Source: Octopus vulgaris (Eukaryota). From it: 64,000 bases of DNA. Made by a program: the position numbers and the translations under genes. The notes under the pieces were generated by a model. It worked only from the letters and a program-made list of their open reading frames with translations, did not search any database and was not told the DNA's origin. Below are positions 15,141-30,017 of this stretch, piece by piece (the stretch's first letter is position 1; each line of letters begins with the position of its first letter). The stretch is from contig OX597839.1 of NCBI GenBank assembly GCA_951406725.2, positions 32,426,001-32,490,000 of the forward strand, given 5' to 3'.

Positions 15141-15193
<53 letters not shown>

Positions 15194-15328
15194 CAGTTGT
15201 AGTGCTTCTTCGAACACGTGATCAGTTCTAAAGTGTCTGGTTTCTGGCTTTCTTAGAGTTGCTGCCACGACACCAAAATCAGGTGAATGTGCCAAAAAAC
15301 AGGAATAAATTCTTTTATGTATATATAT

Positions 15329-15377
<49 letters not shown>

Positions 15378-15780
15378 CAGTTATGATTATTGTTTTCATA
15401 ATTCTCTCCCTTTATCCCACTTGACAAGAATTATCACTATCACTAATGATTTTTCTTTTACAGCATAAATTTCCAATTTTTAAAATATTTTTATTTTCCT
15501 CTTTTACTTATTTCTGTCACTCGTCTCTGGCCATGCTGGGGCAAAGCTATGACAATTTTAGTCAAATAAATCGGCAGCGGTACTTTTTTTTTTTTCAATT
15601 TGGTCCTTATTCTATCGATTTTTTATTCTCCGAACCACTAAGCTACGGCGAGATGAACAAACCTACATCGGCTATCAAGGGTTGGGTGAAGACAAACTCA
15701 CATACCACTCTAAGAATTTGAGCTCCTGGGTAGCTTACGCGAAAAAACATCATCGAACCACCTTCTTTACTACATATACA

Positions 15781-15853
<73 letters not shown>

Positions 15854-16102
15854 CATATATATACAGCAAAAACAATTAAGATTCAAGTGAATTCCAATGA
15901 ATTCAAATGAATATGGTACTTAACTTAGATGCACCAGAATTCTTTATGGTATTAACCATAAAAATATGTGGGGTGATTATAACCAAGAAAAAGCAACAAG
16001 AATGGATTAGTAGTCTAGTACTTGCAGCTTTAAATAAAATTGTTCTTGGTATGAAACAATTGTACTAGACTACTAATCCATTCTTGTTGCTTTTTTCTTG
16101 GT

Positions 16103-16160
<58 letters not shown>

Positions 16161-16858
16161 AAGTGTACGTGTGTGTAAAGTCCTATATAACGCGTTTGAA
16201 GGTTCTCGGACATGTGAAGTCATTTCGCTGCGGAAATAGTCCCGAAAGAAAATTCTATTCTCAGACGACGTGTACGCAAAGAAATTGGGCAAGAAATACC
16301 AAATCATCCCCTCGTGCGTAGCTGACGATACGAAAGAACGCATTCGTCCTACGGTGCAGTTACGTTAATTCACAGCCCAGACCGTCTTCACACATGTCAT
16401 TTAAGACAATTTTCTTCCGAGTCTATTTCCACATCGGTAGGTCAACTCATGTTCGTATGTGGTCAATCGTGTTAAACATGACTTTACACGAGTATATTCC
16501 TTCCAACGCTGCTTCGTGCGTCTTTCGTATGCTACTTTCGGACTCCAGTCTTTCCCACACCACTTCTCGCCTTTAAAAAAAGATAACCTCCGAAATTTCC
16601 TAGTAAGAAGCGCCCAGTCCCACACAACCAGGCATTTTTAAATGCTCCCACCGACGATGCAACACTAGCCCTTATATTAAAAAACACTACTAACATTACT
16701 GAGCCTAAGGCAATATATTGCTCGGAACTTCTAACCTGATATATATTGCGTCAGATGCAAATTTTCTGACATCCTTTACGTTGTGGAAACAGGCTGAAGC
16801 CTTGCTGGTCGCATTCGGAAGCATATTCGAAATATACTTCTACGTATACTTGCGTATA

Positions 16859-17029
16859 GGCGCAGGAGTGGCTGTGTGGTAAGAAGCTTGCTAACCAGCC
16901 ACATGGTTCTGGGTTCAGTCCCACTGCGTGGCATCTTGGGCAAGTGTCTTCTGCTATAGCCCCGGGCCTACCAATGCCTTGTGAGTGGATTTCGTAGACG
17001 GAAACTGAAAGAAGCCTGTCGTATATATG

Positions 17030-17060
<31 letters not shown>

Positions 17061-17266
17061 TTGTGTGTCTGTGTTTGTCCCACTAGCATTGCTTGACAAC
17101 CGATGCTGGTGTGTTTACGTCCCCGTCACTTAGCGGTTTGGCAAAAGAGACCGATAGAATAAGTACTGGGCTTACAAAAGAATAAGTCCCGGGGTCGATT
17201 TGCTCGACTAAAGGCGGTGCTCCAGCATGGCCGCAGTCAAATGACTGAAACAAGTAAAAGAGAGAG
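16859..17266 (+). mobile_element. tRNA-derived CORE-like SINE family A, full length
   Basis: Head ggcgcaggagtggctgtgtggtaag...gggttcagtccc; CORE-like cttgggcaagtgtctt; internal (TA)n(TG)n; tail ggcggtgctccagcatggccgcagtcaaatgactgaaac. Confidence 0.9.
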
Positions 17267-17554
17267 TATGCCTGACCAAAATGCTGCCGCCCCCTTCAAC
17301 GCCAAATGCCATCGCATCTCTCACTCATCGCAGATCCACATTCTCAAAGAAAGCGAAGGAACAGCGTTTCATATCCAAGCTTGGCTCCATGTTATCGACA
17401 GGTGTAAATTGTCGTTTTTCCTTCTTCACTTTCTCTTCATTCATTAAACTCTTTCTTAAACGTAAACCTCTTTCTTTTCTCGGTTTTTTTCCTCTTTTTT
17501 TTCTCAATCTCGATCTTATTTGCTTCTCTTCATTCCATTATTCTTTCCTTTTTA

Positions 17555-18341
17555 TTTTTTTTATTACCCACCAGGGGGCTAAACATAGAGGGGACAAACA
17601 AGGACAGACAAACGGACGAAGTCGATTACATCGACCCCCAGTGCGTAACTGGTACTTAATTTATAGACCCCGAAAGGATGAAAGGCAAAGTCTACCCCGG
17701 CGGAATTTGAACTCAGAACGTAGCGGCAGACGAAATACGTATTTCTTTATTGCCCACAAGGGGCTAAACATAGAGGGGACAAACAAGGACAGACAAACGG
17801 ACGAAGTCGATTACATCGACCCTCAGTGCGTAACTGGTACTTAATTTATCGACCCCGAAAGGATGAAAGGCAAAGTCTACCCCGGCGGAATTTGAACTCA
17901 GAACGTAGCGGCAGACGAAATACGTATTTCTTTATTGCCCACAAGGGGCTAAACATAGAGGGGACAAACAAGGACAGACAAACGGACGAAGTCGATTACA
18001 TCGACCCTCAGTGCGTAACTGGTACTTAACTTATCGACCCCGAAAGGATGAAAGGCAAAGTCGACCTCGGCGGAATTTGAACTCAGAACGTAACGGCAGA
18101 CGAAATACCTATTTCTTTATTGCCCACAAGGGGCTAAACATAGAGGGGACGAACAAGGACAGACAAACGGACGAAGTCGATTACATCGACCCTCAGTGCG
18201 TAACTGGTACTTAATTTATCGACCCCGAAAGGATGAAAGGCAAAGTCGACCTCGGCGGAATTTGAACTCAGAACGTAACGGCAGACGAAATACGGCCACG
18301 CATTTCGCCCGGCGTGCTAACGTCTCTGCCAGCTCTCCGCC
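17555..18341 (-). mobile_element. Family-B SINE, head plus 4 tandem 185-bp units
   Basis: Junctions at 17739/40, 17924/25 and 18109/10; flanking repeat attctttcctt at 17540-17550 and 18347-18357. Confidence 0.92.
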
Positions 18342-19311
18342 TTTTAATTCTTTCCTTCTTCCTTCTCACACTGTTTTCCCCCTGTTATGTCGCAATACTT
18401 CACCGTGGCTGTGTCAGCTACGAAATCCTCGTCCCCACGGTTATGTCGCACGTTCGGATGTCTCAACTACTCAACCTTTCTCTACTCTAGTCTCCGACTG
18501 CTACTCTATGACGACGTCTAGGCTTCTCCCTCTACATCTACGTATTGGGCTAGCCTACTTCATCGCCTGGGGGCGTCCACACAACGCCCCCACTACTTCT
18601 TGTTCGCGTATCAAGCTCATGTGGTTCTCCGTTCCCTATCAGTTGCAGCCAGTTTCTCTTTAAGTTAGAAGATGTAGAACTCTGCCTTCTCCCATTTGAT
18701 TCTCTGTGTTCAACTTTTCCATGAAAAACACACTGTCCGAAAACGTATCACTCGAACGCAGGTACAATATGGCGAGCAGAAACAACGTAGCTGTTGATGG
18801 ATGTTGCGGTTATTTAGCCCTGGGTCTTACCTGGTCCAGTAGACTAATTTTCATGAAAGGCACTCCATCACTGACCAACCCGTCTGTTTCGAAGGATTCA
18901 GTTAGACATGGTCATATTTCAAGACAATGTGGTGTGATTGGAGGGAGATTTGACTGCTGTTTCAGGTCGTGAAATCTCCAGTTTCATTATCCTTTTTTTT
19001 GAAAGACTCTAGTGTGGTCGGCGAAGATTTAGCTGCTATTTCTAGCAAATGAAGCGATAATGTGGAGTCTATCTCATTGACAGTAGTAGTGGTGGGAGTG
19101 GTCATAGAAGTGAACGTGGTAGGAGTTGATCATGGTGGAGGTGATTAGGTGCGTAACAGGGTGTATATGTGGAAGACATTGTGAGGACTGTTTGTATGTG
19201 TGTGTATTTTGTATAGGTGTGTATGTACATACACACACACACACATATATATGTATGTGTGGTTGTGCGTGTGTATGTGTGTATGCTTGTATATATACAT
19301 ATATGGGTATT

Positions 19312-19356
<45 letters not shown>

Positions 19357-19933
19357 GTGGGTGTATATTTGTGTATGTATACAGGTGAGTGTATGTATAT
19401 AGATGTGTGTGTGTGTATAGGGAGAGAGAGACACACACACTGAGGCATGCGTATATATATATATTATATTTAAGTATATATACATACATATATATATATA
19501 TGCGTGTGCGTACGTGTGTCTATTTATGTATGAGTCTATTTGTGCGTGTGTGTGTGTGTGTGTGTTAGCTGGGTGACATGTGCGCGCGTGCTGAGTGGAG
19601 TTTTGTACAGGATTAAGAGACCAGCACCCCGCCCTCCGCGCCCCCCGTCCGCTACATGTGAGGCCGTTGCTTAAAGTCTTTGAGAAAATAACCGATTCTT
19701 TTGATGGGAAAACATCAAAAAGTTCCTTGAAGTCTTTCTCGAATGTAAAATGAGAGGACTGGAAACAGTGTGCATGTGTGTGTGTGTTTGTATATGTGTG
19801 TGCGTTCGTGTCAATGTGCGTATGTGTGTTTGTATGTGCATGTGTGTATGTGGTTGTACGGGTGAGTGTATAGTTTTGTATGGCAACGAGATTTAGCAAA
19901 ACATTTCCAGTACGACGTGATTCTGAGCGGGGT

Positions 19934-19972
<39 letters not shown>

Positions 19973-20028
19973 ATATATTTGCTGTTATCTACATGTATGT
20001 GTGTCATGTACGCGTGCATATAAATCTA

Positions 20029-20089
<61 letters not shown>

Positions 20090-20177
20090 GTATGTAAGTA
20101 TAAGTGTATGTGTATATACAAATGTATATGTACACGTATATATGTATGTATGAATATGTGTACACATACATGTATAT

Positions 20178-20249
<72 letters not shown>

Positions 20250-20397
20250 CAAATATACGTATATGCATATATAGCTTTTGTGTGTGTGTGGGTGGGGGTG
20301 TTATAATATTCTGAATATTTTTTTTCATAATCATCAAATTCTCTCCTAATAACATTTACACAAAGAAATACTTTCTGTTATATCTACGAGATGGCAT

Positions 20398-20873
<476 letters not shown>

Positions 20874-20958
20874 ATATAAGCAGACGCCATGCTAAAATTC
20901 TTTGCATATGCACATAGGTATACATTGATATGCGTATACATATTAATGCGTATATATA

Positions 20959-20991
<33 letters not shown>

Positions 20992-21085
20992 GTGCGTGTG
21001 TGTGTGTGTATGTGTGAGTAGAGAGAGAGAGGGGGGTGCATTGCATACAGCTAAATATGTATGTATTCAAACACGGAGTCACAGT

Positions 21086-21314
21086 ACTCTTTTTACTCTT
21101 TTTACTTGCTTCAGTCATTTGACTGTGGCCGTGCTGGAGCATCGCCTTTAGTCGAGCAAATCGACCCCGGGACTTATTCTTTGTAAGCCTAGTACTTATT
21201 CTATCCGTCTGTTTTGCCGAACCGCTAAGTGACGGGGACGTAAACACACCTGCATCGGTTGTCAAGCGATGTTGGGGGGAGGGAAAAACACAGACACACA
21301 AACATACACACACG

Positions 21315-21380
<66 letters not shown>

Positions 21381-21547
21381 CACATATATACGACGGGCCT
21401 CTTTCAGTTTCCGTCTACCAAATCAACTCACAAAGCTTTGGTCTATAGTAGAGACTATAGTAGAAGACACTTGCCCAAGGTGCCACGCAATGGGAATGAA
21501 CCGGAACCATGTGGTTGGTAAGCAAGCTACTTACCACACAGCCACTC
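21086..21547 (-). mobile_element. Family-A SINE
   Basis: Near-full match to 16859-17266. Confidence 0.9.
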
Positions 21548-21574
21548 TATACATAGTACAGTTAATAATCCTTC

Positions 21575-21764
21575 CTATTCAAAGCAGAAGGCCTGACATT
21601 TTGAGAAGAGAGAGAACGATTTCATCGATCCCAGTGTGTAACTGGTACTTAATTTATCGACCCCAAAAGGATGAAAGGTAAAGTCGACCTCGGCGGAATT
21701 TGAACTCAGAACTCTGTTGTCTGCACCACCTGTCTTCGTCTTTTGTTGTTTTGCAAATTCTCCC

Positions 21765-21853
<89 letters not shown>

Positions 21854-22068
21854 GTGTATGTTTGTCTGTGTCTGTGTTTGTCTCCCCCGCCATCACTTGA
21901 GAACCGATGTGGGTGTGTTTACGTCCCCGAAACTTAGGGGTTCGACAAAAGAGACTGATAGAATAACTACAGGCTTACAAAGAATAAGTCGAAGGGTCGA
22001 TTTCTTCGACGAAAAGGCAGTGTTCCAGCATGGCTGCAGTCAAATGACACTGAAGCAAGTAAAAGAAT
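21575..22068. mobile_element. Family-B fragment (-) followed by family-A 3' half (+)
   Basis: Sequence similarity to the full copies. Confidence 0.75.
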
Positions 22069-22094
22069 ATATATATATAAGTAAAAGGCAAAGT

Positions 22095-22136
<42 letters not shown>

Positions 22137-22305
22137 AAGAAGAAAAATGTCCCTTTTATTTGAAAACTATGGAAATATTTTAAAAAAAAACATTTCATTT
22201 AAACTTTCCACAATTTAATTGTTTTTCATGCAAAGACTGAAACCGGTACTAAAATGTTGCTCATGATAAAATTACTCTAGCATTTTCTGCCTTGTCTTAT
22301 TTTCC

Positions 22306-22362
<57 letters not shown>

Positions 22363-22996
22363 AAAGCCTACACACTTTCTTATCTATGATGCAAAGACAT
22401 CACAAAGAACTGCAGCTTAAATAATAAAGTATATTACTCTACCTTCGGTATTCGAGTACTATCGTTTTCCACCTTGTTTCACATGTGCTTACTCTGGTGT
22501 ATATATTTGTGTGTGTGTGTGTGTGTAATTTTGAAAACTGCTGTTCGTGTGGGACGTGTCTTTTTACATGGAACTCTTAATTAAACACTCGGTAGTTATA
22601 TTGTACCCCCTCTAACTTCTATTTAAAATGGAAAGACCATTGAATATGTTTTGTGTCAAGGACACACGCCCACTCGGCCATGATGGCAACCAGATGCAAA
22701 GCTGAATAACTCTTGAGGTCAGCAGCCGAGTCAGCTGCGACATCTGCGCCCCCTATGAATCATCTTTTTATGGCATTCGACAATAGAATAAAATAATGGA
22801 GAATGAATAAACATCACCCGTTTCTCTTCCCCTCTGCCTGTCTGCCTGTCTGTCTGTCTGTCTTTCAGTCTGTCTGCCTGTCAACCTGTCTGTCTTTGTA
22901 TCGGCTTATTTCTTCCAGCTTTTTAAAACATGTTCAAGCCTACATACTTATATATATAAACAGGCACACTACATGCACAAAAACACACACACACAC

Positions 22997-23063
<67 letters not shown>

Positions 23064-23076
23064 ATATATCAACAGA

Positions 23077-23214
23077 AGATATATTTAAGAATTTACAAAA
23101 AATTGTAGAAGAACCGATCTGTCTTTTTGACATTTTTTCTGACAAGACAGAAAAAATTTCAAAAATACAGGTCGGTTCCTCTACAATTTTTTTTGTAAAT
23201 TCTTAAATATATCT
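23077..23214. repeat. Imperfect ~138-bp palindrome (MITE-like foldback)
   Basis: agatatatttaagaatttacaaaaaattgtaga... mirrored by ...tctacaattttttttgtaaattcttaaatatatct. Confidence 0.8.
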
Positions 23215-23219
23215 ACTTA

Positions 23220-23264
<45 letters not shown>

Positions 23265-23610
23265 TACCAAACAAACATGATTTTTATTGTACTCCTAATA
23301 CTTTTTGTTGAATACTTTCTTAAATACTTTCTTGTAAATTGTTTTTAACATTTTCTTATTATTATCAAAGAATATATATATATATGTATTTTAATACTTT
23401 TGTGACAACAATTACTTAACACAACAAAGCTTGTACAAAGCTTTACATTTTACATTTTGACAATCTTTTTTCTTAAAAAGTGAAACCGGTCAAGTGAATA
23501 AACATCTTTTAAATTGCATTTTCAAACCTTCTTTCATACATATTTCCATTCGTGCGATACCACACAACTTTACTTTGTCATATATATATATATATATACA
23601 AACGCACATA

Positions 23611-23684
<74 letters not shown>

Positions 23685-24059
23685 AACATATACATGCAGG
23701 TATTATATATATATGTATTTGTGTGTGCGTATGAGTAGGCACAGACACGCACGCACGTACATTATATTATATCATAGACACATATAAGTGTTGGTTGTTC
23801 TTACAAGTGTACACGTGTTTCGATTCATTTTATTTTGTAATTCTTCAAAGGTTGGCCATGTTGTTTAAGCGGACATGTTGTCTTGCCATTAAAGATATTC
23901 CTAAAAGTATTCAAACAGCTGTACTGTGACAAAACATCTCGTGGTTTAACAAAAGAAATATTGACTCTGCACCTACAACTCGTTGAGTACTTTATTTAAC
24001 TTATATTCGACAAATGCACGAGATATATAACTGATATAAATGTCCGAGATATATAACTG

Positions 24060-24092
<33 letters not shown>

Positions 24093-24182
24093 CAAACACA
24101 CATGTATGTGTATTCCTTTGTTAACTAGATGATTCCTTACAATCGTCCATATATTTCAATACATTTTTTTTTTATTTCTTCA

Positions 24183-24422
<240 letters not shown>

Positions 24423-24572
24423 TTAACATTAAACTGAAGAATTAATACTTTTTGTAGAACAAACATCCATTATGCTTTTAGAAAAAGTGTGGTGACAGTG
24501 ACTTCAAAGTGACAGCTAACTTGCCGAGAAGGACGCAATTTCGGATATACTGTCACCACTCTCGTACAAGTA

Positions 24573-24612
<40 letters not shown>

Positions 24613-24755
24613 ATGGTTGTATACTGTCAATTTAACGTGACTGTAGGGGATTACACCACCGCTGTTTAGCCCTAGGAAGCATCGACGCTTCCTGATGGCT
24701 TCGACACATTTCCTGTGTCTTTATATATTTACGAAGGGGAGACAAATACCCCCAA

Positions 24756-24837
24756 CAGCTAGGCCTGCATCTAGAGACATGCATGTTTCAGGGTCTTTGC
24801 CCATCATCGGTCTAGAGTAGCAGAAGCCTGCTAGCTG
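24756..24837 (-). ncRNA. Type I hammerhead motif with extended helix I, U4>C substitution (family H3)
   Basis: Minus strand: tctaga-CCGATGA-t-ggg(caaaga)ccc-t-GAAA-catgcatg-TC-tctaga; helix I extends through ctgc/gcag, aggc/gcct and cagctag/ctagctg. The downstream segment 24612-24716 recurs inverted at 43051-43162. Confidence 0.75.
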
Positions 24838-24849
24838 CGGATATCCAAA

Positions 24850-25175
24850 TTTTAGATATGTTTCGACCAAAGGTTGGTCCAGGCCATGTCTAACTTAATA
24901 GCACCACCTGATAGGATTATCTAAATCCTGTTTAAGTCAAGTTTTGTTTATGGTCCATTCAAGTAGTGAGTTCTTGTTGAGTGAGTTGTATCCAGGTTTG
25001 GGTGGCTTATCCGGTATTCCTTGAAGAAATCTGTCCAGACTCCGTTTAAAAGTGATGGGATCCTTTTCCTCTTTGATCTCTTTCGGGACATTGTTAAACA
25101 GGGCAGGGTCTGTTGAGGTGAAGAAATTATGTTGCAGTGTAGCTATAAGGGCAGGGCCTGTTGAGGAAAAGAACA
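24850..25175 (-). mobile_element. CR1-like LINE 3' fragment
   Basis: PALFNNVPKEIK...FKRSLDRFLQGIPDKP...NSLLEW*, followed by a 3' UTR stem-loop. Confidence 0.8.
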
Positions 25176-25319
25176 TATATATGCGCGCTATTATTATTCA
25201 AAATGGAGGCGAGTCCCAACATTTCCATGTAGTATGCTTAAACATGTGGTTCGTAAGCAACTTACTTACCACACAACCACTCCTACGCCTATATATATAT
25301 ATATATATGTTTCTTTATT

Positions 25320-25532
25320 TTGCTTTTAATTATTTCAATCATTAGACTGCGGCCATGCTCAAGCTTCGCCTTGGGGAATTGTTAGTCGAATATATCGACA
25401 CCAGAACTCATTTTTTGAAGCATGGTACTTATTCTATCGTTCTGTTTGCAGAATCGCTAAGTTACGGAGACATAAACACAACGCCACCGGTTGTCAGGCG
25501 GCAGTGGTGGGAGGACAAACACAGACACAAAG

Positions 25533-25565
<33 letters not shown>

Positions 25566-25729
25566 CATATAGACTGCAGGCTTCTTTCAGTTTCCGTCTA
25601 CCAAATCCACTCGCAAGGTTTTGGTCGGCCCTAGGCTGTAGCAAAACACACTTGCCCCGAAGTGGGACTGAACCTGGAACCATGTGGTTAGGAAGAAAGC
25701 TCCTTACCACAGAAACATGCCCATGCCTA

Positions 25730-25804
<75 letters not shown>

Positions 25805-25966
25805 GTATATAAGAAACAAGTTAAAAATAAAGGTGTAGGAGTGGCTGTGTGGTAAGTAGCTTGCTTACCAACCACATGGCTCCGGGTTCAGTTTTCTACT
25901 ATAGCCTCGGCCGGCCAAAGCCTTGTGAATGGATTTGGTAGATGGAAACTGAAAGAAGCCCGTCGA
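25320..25966. mobile_element. Diverged family-A SINE (-) plus family-A 5' half (+)
   Basis: Sequence similarity to the full copies. Confidence 0.8.
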
Positions 25967-26093
25967 ATATATGTATATATATATATATAATATATATATA
26001 TATATATTATATACACACACACACACACACATATATATATATTATATATAAACATGTGTATATATATATATTATATATACATGTTTATATATA

Positions 26094-26136
<43 letters not shown>

Positions 26137-26150
26137 ATGTATATATATAA

Positions 26151-26197
<47 letters not shown>

Positions 26198-26888
26198 GAG
26201 GTTTGAAGTAATGGTGTAGCACAGCTAATGGTGGTGCCCCAGCATGACCACAGCTATAAAGCTGAAGCACTTTAAAGAATTTAAGAATTAAAGACTGTAT
26301 AACCCTGATGTGTGTATAAAAAGTATGTGTTTATACATGTTAGGGTGGGCGAGTGTGCATATATATATATTTGTGTGTGTGCATGTGCTTATGTATTTGT
26401 ATGTGCAATACACACACATATATCAGACGAAACGTATACATACGTAACACATACCTATGAATAAAATGCGGTCAATCAATACTGATATAGTATCGATAAA
26501 TGTACAGTAGAACGGCGAACGAAGCAAGCTATAGGCTGTGCAGACCTCCCAACGCCATTGTCATTCTTTCTCTCCCCCCCCCGTCCCGCCCGCCCCCCAC
26601 CTCTGTCTTTCTCGACTCGAAATTCTAAATTTGGCAATGATAGGCACACAAAAATGTAAAAGTAAAAGTAAAATACTGCTCAATAGAATGAAGTAGCGTC
26701 AACGTCGACACACGGACAGAGAATCATGTGATGACAAAGGTGTCTGCTAATCGTAGCTGTGTTGTGGTGTCGCCGTGGAACCGAGAGATTATATATACAG
26801 ACGTCTGCGATTTCTATCTCTTCTCCTGATATAATTTCGAACGAATCTACATAAGAATTATCTTTTGTTATGTACTGTATTTATTTTG

Positions 26889-26942
<54 letters not shown>

Positions 26943-27012
26943 AATATTAGCTTAGCAATATATACATATATATATATAATATACATACATATATATATAT
27001 ATACACACACAC

Positions 27013-27125
<113 letters not shown>

Positions 27126-27191
27126 GATATTGTGTATCATGGGCAATTTTATTTCTCCGACTTCCCTTCCTTGGACCTTTCCTTTTTCTAT

Positions 27192-27226
27192 ATTTCTGAC
27201 AAAGAGCTCCGCTCGAAACGTTAAAT
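27192..27226 (+). ncRNA. Minimal hammerhead motif, G8>A substitution (family H2, within repeat 27129-27322)
   Basis: attt-CTGACAA-a-gagc(tcc)gctc-GAAA-cg-TT-aaat. Confidence 0.65.
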
Positions 27227-27317
27227 CCTCCTTTCTTTCCTTTCCTGAGCGTCCAATAACACAATACTTGTTCCACGTCCTCGCGTTGTTGTGTTTTCTC
27301 TTTGTTCATGTTTGGAT

Positions 27318-27361
<44 letters not shown>

Positions 27362-27401
27362 ATTAGCAATATATATATACACACATATATAATATTAGCA
27401 A

Positions 27402-27835
27402 GCGGGAGAGGTGTGCAGTAATATATATCTGGATGATCCTGGAAGGAATTGTGCCAAATTTTGGCATTGAAAGCCACACCAATGCCAGAACGGGACGACA
27501 CTGCATAGTGCCAAAGATCCCAGCAATGCCATCACGCTTCAGGACCAGTTACTGCAACTGCCTGGGTTTCAAGGGCCCATAGTTTTTTAAATATTCTCCC
27601 ATTGAGTTTGAGGAACCTGCACAAAGTAGATGTAGGGATTTTTAAATCAAAGCTGGACCTCTTCCTGTCGAGAGTCCCAGATGAACCTACCTCACGGCAA
27701 GAGGTGCAAATGAGGGTAGCTATATCAAACTCCATTCTTCACCAAGTTCCACATATTAGAGGAGGCTCTTAGTAATAACAGTGTAGCACAAAACGGCGGT
27801 GCATCAGCATGGCCGCAGCTCTGAGCTGAAACTAG
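27402..27835 (+). mobile_element. CR1-like LINE 3' fragment with 3' UTR
   Basis: RERCAVIYIWMILEGIVPNFGI...NILPLSLRNL...FKSKLDLFLSRVPDEP...SNSILHQ; stop at ~27772; tail ggcggtgcatcagcatggccgcagctctgagctgaaac. Confidence 0.8.
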
Positions 27836-27859
27836 AGAGAATATATATATATATACGAC

Positions 27860-28220
27860 GGACGAAGGTTGCAAATTGACTCAACCAACATCCCAAAAGT
27901 AGCGAAAGGTCCCGCCTAAAAACGACATTGATGGAAATTGAAAAAAGGCTGCAATAATCCTATGTGAAGGAAAAAGCAAAGAAGCTTGGGTTATAGAAAA
28001 CATTAAGTCAAACCCAACGGCCTTCTTTCATTACGCGAAAGAAACAGACTCAGTACGCTGCAAGATAGGACCCCTCTTCCAAAAGGATGGCTCCCTCGCA
28101 GACAGTCCAACTAGGATCAGTGAGGTACTGAATGACCAGTTCAAAAGTGTCTTTACCACCCCTTCGGAACATAGACAAGTGAACGAACAAATGGACTTCT
28201 TTGCTGCCTCACAGGACCCT
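27860..28220 (+). mobile_element. CR1-like LINE internal ORF2 fragment (endonuclease-RT linker)
   Basis: IKSNPTAFFHYAK...IGPLFQKDGS...EVLNDQFKSVFT. Confidence 0.75.
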
Positions 28221-28592
28221 TACCAATTGTGTATGCAACATGAAGTGTGAAAGCAAACGAGTTACATACGCAAACAACGGGAGAAAAAATGGGGAACAGG
28301 ACAAGTAACGTGGATAACGAGCCATCGTCAGTCATCGGCTTTCTGTCTACGCCTCATTTCGTTGAATGTTCGAATTATGTGGTCGTTCTTCGCCTCAGAT
28401 TTATTATTGTTCTTCTTTCATTGTCCTTTGTTTGAAAATCTTTCGTCTCACGTCCTGATACGTATATCTTTGTATATATTTCTTATTCTAAACCAAGAAA
28501 TGTGTTGACTCTACTCTAGAAAAGTATTGAGTAACCTATCAGTTTAATGTAAATTTGTTTTTTATGCAACTGAACATAAAAACAAACATTAG

Positions 28593-28651
<59 letters not shown>

Positions 28652-28652
<1 letters not shown>

Positions 28653-28947
28653 TAGCAGTATCGCCCGGCGTTGCTCGGGTTTGTAAGGGAAATAACTATA
28701 TAAGCATTTTTAGAGAGTTACTTCCCTTATATATGCCGAAAATGTATTAAAAATGGGAAAAATTGATGGTAAATTTTTTTTTGAATCGTAGACTCATCGT
28801 AGACGCGCGCTAATACCCAGAAGGGCTCGATATGAATCACGACTATAAGATACCCGGTTTTGGTTAAACTGCACCGCAAAATGTGGGAGTAGTTAGGAAT
28901 CTAAATCGTAGGAGACAGACAGCACACAACCTCTCTTTTATATATAA

Positions 28948-28950
<3 letters not shown>
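28652..28950 (-). mobile_element. Non-autonomous Helitron
   Basis: 5' TC, 3' hairpin cccg-agcaacgc-cggg followed by CTAG; inserted between A and T. Confidence 0.85.
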
Positions 28951-28993
<43 letters not shown>

Positions 28994-29456
28994 GGGGGGG
29001 AGAGAGAGATGTATGTATGTATGTACACACACATATATATACTGCAGTTTCATTTCAGGATTCTTGAGAAAAATAAAACAATTTGCGGTGGGCGAAAACT
29101 AATTCTTTTCTGAGCAAAAAAAAAAAAAAAAATAGTTTCGTGGTTGCGGTTGGGAGATGATGGTCGATTACAAGAAGCGTTGAAAGGGAAAGGAGAGTAA
29201 CGAAGGGGAATGGTGGGAGGAAAAGCAGCCGAGTTTGTATGGAAGGGGAGAATGGACATTATTGACAAGACGTATAACACAACGTTGAATAAAGGATGTT
29301 TGGAGTGAAGACGAAGAAATCAAAGTAAGGTCACGTTTTTCTTTGCGTCTGGTAATGCTTTTATTTTCAAAGTCAAAACAAAGATCTTGACTGTTTTGAT
29401 TCTTGTCTCCTCCCACACCAGAACAAAAAAAAAATCTCTATGATAATAATAATAAT

Positions 29457-29517
<61 letters not shown>

Positions 29518-29931
29518 GAGCATGTTCCTTAGTGGCTGACGATATGTGCATCTCTGACCACGAGCAAGAGTAGTGGGGGAGCATCATAGCCACGTGTTGA
29601 GAGGGATTCTTTGGGGTTTGAATAATAATTCACCTCTGGAAACATGGATGGTTTTTTCAACATCCTTAAACAACCCTTATTCAGGGACCTTTTGAGCGGG
29701 ATGGGCTACTCAACCTGAAGAAAATTCTAACTGGGCCCCACCTGTAAGGTCATGTGCTGTTGATCTTGTTATGAGATCACCATGTTGCGCACATATGGTT
29801 GTGATGCGTGTGCCTGGTGTACCCTTATCAGACGGGTAGTCATGATGGGTATATTGGGCTTCGTATATTTTACCCCAGTGTCACTTTGATGGCATGAACT
29901 GCTTTCTCACACAATAATAATAATAATAATG

Positions 29932-30017
<86 letters not shown>

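Noticed and set aside
17555-18341. Tandem 185-bp units as a CRISPR array, repeated gene or hammerhead retrozyme
   Set aside because: No unique spacers, the repeated ORFs are antisense SINE translations, and no CTGANGA core occurs on either strand of the unit.
22375-22425. CTATGA...GAACTGCAG hammerhead-like relic; also TTGAAGA...GAAA at ~55222-55290
   Set aside because: Too many core defects to support from one copy.
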